Sequence record: DRR723986_6582 | Strand: one strand, 5' to 3' | Length of the DNA stretch: 20,000 bases | In this document: positions 16,133 to 20,000 of the stretch, piece by piece | Numbering within the stretch: position 1 is the first letter of the stretch | How the letters are laid out: every line of letters begins with the position of its first letter | Translations under genes and position numbers: made by a program | Notes under the pieces: model-generated | Told to the model about the DNA's origin: nothing | What the model saw: only the letters and a program-made list of their open reading frames with translations | Databases searched by the model: none

Positions 16133-18094
16133 TTAGCTGCCAGAGGGAGCTTGCTGCGTGGTCACCCACACAGGCGAGCTCCATGCTCGCTCTTGTATTT
16201 GACGTCGGTGATCATCACGGCAGCAGCTTTCATAGCCGGGTGAAATGGTGTCCGGCTGGCTGCAGTCTACTTCGGCCGCCACGCACAGCTGCTGACTCCA
16301 CCGGCAACGGGGCACTTCGACGGCGCGAGCGTAGTAGTAATGGCGCGCCTCTGGGTCGAAATCCGGATCCTGCCATACCGAGCACAGCTGTGCGGCGCCA
16401 CTACCCTGCGTTTGGCAGCTGTTTATGTCTACTGTCGCCGGTTTTCCCGAGCTGGCAATATCAATCACTGTTTCTGAGCGCTGCCCTTCGCTATCAACAC
16501 TGCCTTTTACAATCTGTAGAGTTTGCAGCGGTAAGCCAGGCCGCTTCGCTGTGCCGGGGTCCATTGCGGCCATCACCGCAATACGGGGGGCCGATGATGA
16601 ATTAAGCTGGAGCTCCCCTCCCATGGGAACGCCGATTTCATAACCCACTTTGGCAAAATCCGTGCGCTCACATAAATCGCTGGGGAGCTCCTCGCCCGCA
16701 AAAACTCTCAGGGCGATACGCGGACCACTGGTCGCATAGACCTCGCGCCTTAGCAAGGCATCGAATATGGCGTCGCGACTATTCTCTTCTGCCCATACCG
16801 CCGCAAGACCACCCGGATTAAACTCGATATCATCGGGCAATCCCGGCGGCACACTTTCACCCGCTGGCATACCAGCCCCACCATGCCCTAGGAATTCTTC
16901 CTCACTCACCGCTCCAGGCGCAGAAATGTGGGTGTCGCTGCTGGCGATAAAGCCAAAAGCCAGTGGATTGAGCCCCGAGTCGCTGGAGTTGGCGTACGCC
17001 AGGCCATCGCGCAATACCTCGCGCAAAAAACCGGATTTTGGCCCTGCCGGTTCACTCAACGAAGGGGAAAGCTTGCCGAGAAATTTACTGCGAAAGCTGC
17101 CATAAGGTAATTGTTCGAAGCCGCACAGCTCATCCTCAGATTGCAGCGGATCGTAGTAGCACTCGGAACTGCCCTTGTGCTGCATAATTTCTACAACGCG
17201 CTCTAAACGCGCTCTCTGCGCCTCTCTACTTGGGTCGTTATTTCCCTCTTCGTTCAAGGCAAACATATAGCCATCACTCAAATTACTATTGTGAGGGATC
17301 ACCAGCACTTCACAGTTTTTTAGGGCGCTCGCTTTGCCACATTGCGCATCGAGCCCATCCCACAGTTGTGGGGCACTGGGGGCATCGATAAAGGAAACCG
17401 GCAACGCTGGTACACTGGCATTGCGAAAAATAATATTGCGATGGAGGTTGGCGAGATTCTCGGCCGCCCCCGTCCACTCATAGGCCACGAAAGAGGTAAA
17501 TTCACAGTCATCACTGCGGTCGTAAGCCACTTCAGCTGAGGTTTGAATGTCTTGCCAGGGGCGCAAGGCCGCCTGTCGACAGTATTCGCCATCTTCACCA
17601 CAAAAGCCTAAGCGACCGGCCATGGCCGCTTTGGTATTGAACAGAAAAAATGCCCCGCGAGGCCAACCGCGATACAAACGACATTGCCAACTGCCATAGC
17701 CGCGTTGTGACGGGTCCAAACAAATATCGCGCTCGCCAAATAACTCGGCGTGATCTGTCACCGCCGCGAAGTCCAGAGGTCTCTCTAGCTGCAACTCCCT
17801 CAACGCCTCGCCATCAGGGAGCCAGGGCTGAACGGGTAGACGGCCACCTTTTGCAAAACGGTAGGCATCGGCGGGAGAGGTTCGAGTACCTTGAGTACTT
17901 GCATCCAGGGAGTACTTGGTGTGTACGTGCAGATCACCAAAAAGTAACTGCCGTTCGGGCTGCCAGTTTTTGCAGCGGGGCTTTGTAACCAGATTCGTGG
18001 TGGAGGTGTCCAGGTTTGCAATCGGCTGGGTATAGCCCTGTTGACACAGCATGAGAGCACAAACACTCAAAGCGGCAACTATTATTCTTTTCAT
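16133..18094 (-). CDS. DUF3604 domain-containing secreted protein (PHP-like metal-dependent hydrolase fold)
   Basis: FGDLHVHTKYSLDA, LDFAAVTDHAE, AYEWT, NLHRN, IPHNSNLS, SSDTH, REVYATSGPRI, WQDPDF and IQERAWSSP. Signal peptide MKRIIVAALSVCALML (start 18094, or 18103). Confidence 0.85.
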   Translation of the reverse strand: MKRIIVAALSVCALMLCQQGYTQPIANLDTSTTNLVTKPRCKNWQPERQLLFGDLHVHTKYSLDASTQGTRTSPADAYRFAKGGRLPVQPWLPDGEALRELQLERPLDFAAVTDHAELFGERDICLDPSQRGYGSWQCRLYRGWPRGAFFLFNTKAAMAGRLGFCGEDGEYCRQAALRPWQDIQTSAEVAYDRSDDCEFTSFVAYEWTGAAENLANLHRNIIFRNASVPALPVSFIDAPSAPQLWDGLDAQCGKASALKNCEVLVIPHNSNLSDGYMFALNEEGNNDPSREAQRARLERVVEIMQHKGSSECYYDPLQSEDELCGFEQLPYGSFRSKFLGKLSPSLSEPAGPKSGFLREVLRDGLAYANSSDSGLNPLAFGFIASSDTHISAPGAVSEEEFLGHGGAGMPAGESVPPGLPDDIEFNPGGLAAVWAEENSRDAIFDALLRREVYATSGPRIALRVFAGEELPSDLCERTDFAKVGYEIGVPMGGELQLNSSSAPRIAVMAAMDPGTAKRPGLPLQTLQIVKGSVDSEGQRSETVIDIASSGKPATVDINSCQTQGSGAAQLCSVWQDPDFDPEARHYYYARAVEVPRCRWSQQLCVAAEVDCSQPDTISPGYESCCRDDHRRQIQERAWSSPVWVTTQQAPSGS

Positions 18095-18246
18095 ATTAGC
18101 CATTCCGGGTGGTAAATGACTATTTTGCGCCAACAGCCGATGGCCTACATCCTCCATCCGGCCTAGCCAACTGCCTTAAGTGCAGCGAGGCGTGAACCGG
18201 CTGGAGGCCTTTGCACCTAGATCAGCCGGCTGGTTGTTGTGCTAAT

Positions 18247-18870
18247 TTACTCACCGAAGTGCTGCTTCATGGTATCGAACCACGCCCGCAGTACCGGACA
18301 ATCTTCAGGAATATCGCGTTTTACCCAGTTGCAGAATCCGAGTACGGCATAGAGATCGATATCCGCTTGGCTTAAGGACTCTCCCACCAAATACTGGCGA
18401 TTCTGCAGTTCTTTTTCCATTGTTTGATAAAAAGCGGTAATTCTAAGGTTGCCTCTTTCTTCCAGTTCAGCGATCTGCGGCACGGCTACCGGCCCGGGCA
18501 ACGCACGGTCTTTAAACGCGGGATTAGTGTTGCGCAGCACCTCTGCAACAGCCGCCAAGCCATCAACATAGAGACGCTGACACCAAGCGACAATTTTTGC
18601 ACGCTCTAACGCATTCGCACCGAACACACTCTTTTCGGGAAACTGGTCGTCGATATAGAGCGAAATGGCAATGGCATCACAGAGGGTATCGCCATTATCG
18701 AGTTGCAGAGCAGGCACCGTGCACAGCGGGTTAATTTTGCTGTATTCACCGCTCATCTGCTCACCTTTCATCAGGTCGACCTGTTCAGAATCAATGTCGA
18801 TGCCCTTATGTTTTAACATCAGGCTCACCCGCCTGGGATTTGGCGCGGGATCAAAGGTATAAAGTTTCAC
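18247..18870 (-). CDS. Glutathione S-transferase family protein (GTT2-like)
   Basis: PAPNPRRV, INPLCTVPALQLDNG and the N-capping SQADI motif. GTG start at 18870 preceded by AAGGAG. Confidence 0.9.
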   Translation of the reverse strand: MKLYTFDPAPNPRRVSLMLKHKGIDIDSEQVDLMKGEQMSGEYSKINPLCTVPALQLDNGDTLCDAIAISLYIDDQFPEKSVFGANALERAKIVAWCQRLYVDGLAAVAEVLRNTNPAFKDRALPGPVAVPQIAELEERGNLRITAFYQTMEKELQNRQYLVGESLSQADIDLYAVLGFCNWVKRDIPEDCPVLRAWFDTMKQHFGE

Positions 18871-18905
18871 ACTATTCTCCTTATTGGTTGACGCTGAACA
18901 AAGCG

Positions 18906-18922
18906 GTTCAGCGAAAGTTAAG
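18906..18922 (+). promoter_or_regulatory. Candidate PhoP-type autoregulatory box in the GST / PepSY-phoP intergenic region
   Basis: GTTCAG-cgaaa-GTTAAG direct repeat (11-bp period). Additional reverse half-sites CTGAAC at 18894-18899 and 18973-18978. Confidence 0.45.
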
Positions 18923-19059
18923 CCTAGTCCCCCCAAACTGCAAGTGTCTGACAGGACTACCGAACAAAGACACTGAACAAATTGAGTTGACTACGGTAAC
19001 CTATGCATACTGAGTCAGCCCCCGAAACGGCCACGCTAACCCGCAAAGCCAGTGACATT

Positions 19060-19383
19060 ATGAATTTTCGACATAGTTTTAAAACCCTTGCCGCAATCGT
19101 TTTCGGCATGCTTATTTCAATAAACAGCTACAGTAGCGGTTTGCTGGAAAAAGGCATTAATAACGGCCGAGGGGCACTAGGTGTTTCGCCGCGCAACGCC
19201 TTGGACCCGCGACGAAATCAGCCTCTGATTAGCGCGAGTGAGGCGATCTCAATTGCTGAACGGCGCTACGGCGGCCGCGCCGTCGGCGCTAAAAAAATTC
19301 AAACCGTTAACGGCAGTGCCTACCGCGTGCGTATATTGCAAAAAAATGGCAAGGTCAAAAACGTCATCATCGATCAAAGGTAG
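19060..19383 (+). CDS. Small exported PepSY-domain protein
   Basis: Signal peptide MNFRHSFKTLAAIVFGMLIS, and C-terminal ISASEAISIAERRYGGRAV...YRVRILQKNGKVKNVIID PepSY pattern. Ends 5 nt upstream of the response regulator. Confidence 0.8.
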   Translation: MNFRHSFKTLAAIVFGMLISINSYSSGLLEKGINNGRGALGVSPRNALDPRRNQPLISASEAISIAERRYGGRAVGAKKIQTVNGSAYRVRILQKNGKVKNVIIDQR

Positions 19384-19388
19384 CTCAG

Positions 19389-20000
19389 GTGCGTGTATTA
19401 ATCGTTGAAGACGAGTCTCTGTTGCAAGCCCAGCTTGTCGAGCAATTCACGGCAGCGGGCTTTGCCTGCGACGCCTGCAGTGACGGAGAAGAAGCCCTGT
19501 TCCTGGGAAGGGAGCACCCCTACGACCTTGCCATCGTTGATATAGGCCTACCCAAGCTAGACGGCATTAGCGTCGTCGGGCACTGGCGTGAAGATGCCAG
19601 AGACTTTCCTGTACTGATTTTAACAGCGAGAGACAGCTGGCAAGACAAAGTAAAGGGCCTAGAATCCGGCGCAGATGACTACGTTGCAAAGCCTTTTCAG
19701 ATCGAGGAGGTATTGGCGCGCGCAAATGCCTTGATTCGGCGCTCAGCCGGGTTTGCCAGCCCGCGCATTAGTTTTGGTGCACTACAAATTGATACCGCTG
19801 CCAAATCGGCGACCGTCGCCGGACGTAAACTAGAGCTCACCACCTTTGAGTACAATGCGCTGGAATACCTGGCAATGCGCAGCGGGCAAGTCGTCTCTAA
19901 AACGGAGCTCACAGAGCACCTGTATGATCAAGACTTTGATCGCGACAGCAACGTTATAGAGGTCTTTATCGCCAGACTGCGAAAGAAAATTGACCCAACT
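19389..20000 (+). CDS. phoP: OmpR/PhoB-family response regulator, PhoP-like (runs off window end)
   Basis: Not in the ORF track. GTG 19389 gives MRVLIVEDESLL...AIVDIGLPKLDG...LILTARDSWQDKVKGLESGADDYVAKPF...LTTFEYNALEYL...SKTELTEHLYDQDFDRDSNVIEVFIARLRKKID, i.e. a receiver plus winged-helix domain with PhoP-like motifs. Confidence 0.85.
   Translation, partial: MRVLIVEDESLLQAQLVEQFTAAGFACDACSDGEEALFLGREHPYDLAIVDIGLPKLDGISVVGHWREDARDFPVLILTARDSWQDKVKGLESGADDYVAKPFQIEEVLARANALIRRSAGFASPRISFGALQIDTAAKSATVAGRKLELTTFEYNALEYLAMRSGQVVSKTELTEHLYDQDFDRDSNVIEVFIARLRKKIDPT

Noticed and set aside
18095..18157. N-terminal extensions in the ORF track (DUF3604, also SDR, GST, yjbQ, DUF2971, PepSY)
   Set aside because: Downstream starts fit RBS position, signal peptides or family N-termini better.
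18197..18235. CCGGCTG/CAGCCGG inverted repeats downstream of the GST
   Set aside because: Long loop and no convincing U-tract, so it cannot be supported as a terminator or repeat element.
19697..19912. 71-aa minus-strand ORF
   Set aside because: Antisense to the PhoP-like regulator, which the ORF track missed because it runs off the window.
1..20000. Mobile elements, prophage, CRISPR arrays, rRNA/tRNA, defence island
   Set aside because: I saw no integrase, transposase or phage genes, no spaced repeats, no cloverleaf and no obvious compositional shift by eye.

Overview
A densely packed window of ordinary chromosomal genes (roughly mid-50s %GC by eye). The gene content suggests a marine gammaproteobacterium, plausibly Cellvibrionales (Spongiibacteraceae/Halieaceae-like), but this is an inference. 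In order: the 3' end of a CvrA/NhaP2 K+/H+ antiporter, an SDR oxidoreductase divergent from a TetR regulator, the ybbP-ybbA/tesA module, fumC, a bioA + K+ channel + yjbQ run, ytfJ, an SRPBCC protein, truC, a GMC oxidoreductase, a ybfF esterase coupled to a DUF2971 protein, an uncharacterised lipoprotein, a secreted DUF3604 PHP-like metallohydrolase, a GST, a PepSY protein and a truncated PhoP-like response regulator. I saw no mobile element, CRISPR array, rRNA, tRNA or obvious pseudogene. Three leads stand out: (i) the DUF2971 protein, with ADP-ribosyltransferase-like motifs, starting 1 nt after ybfF; (ii) two PhoP-box-like direct repeats, one at the GST/PepSY-phoP divergent promoter and one upstream of ytfJ; (iii) the Cys-rich secreted DUF3604 enzyme and the adjacent orphan lipoprotein. 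The sequence alone does not establish any of these as a new system.
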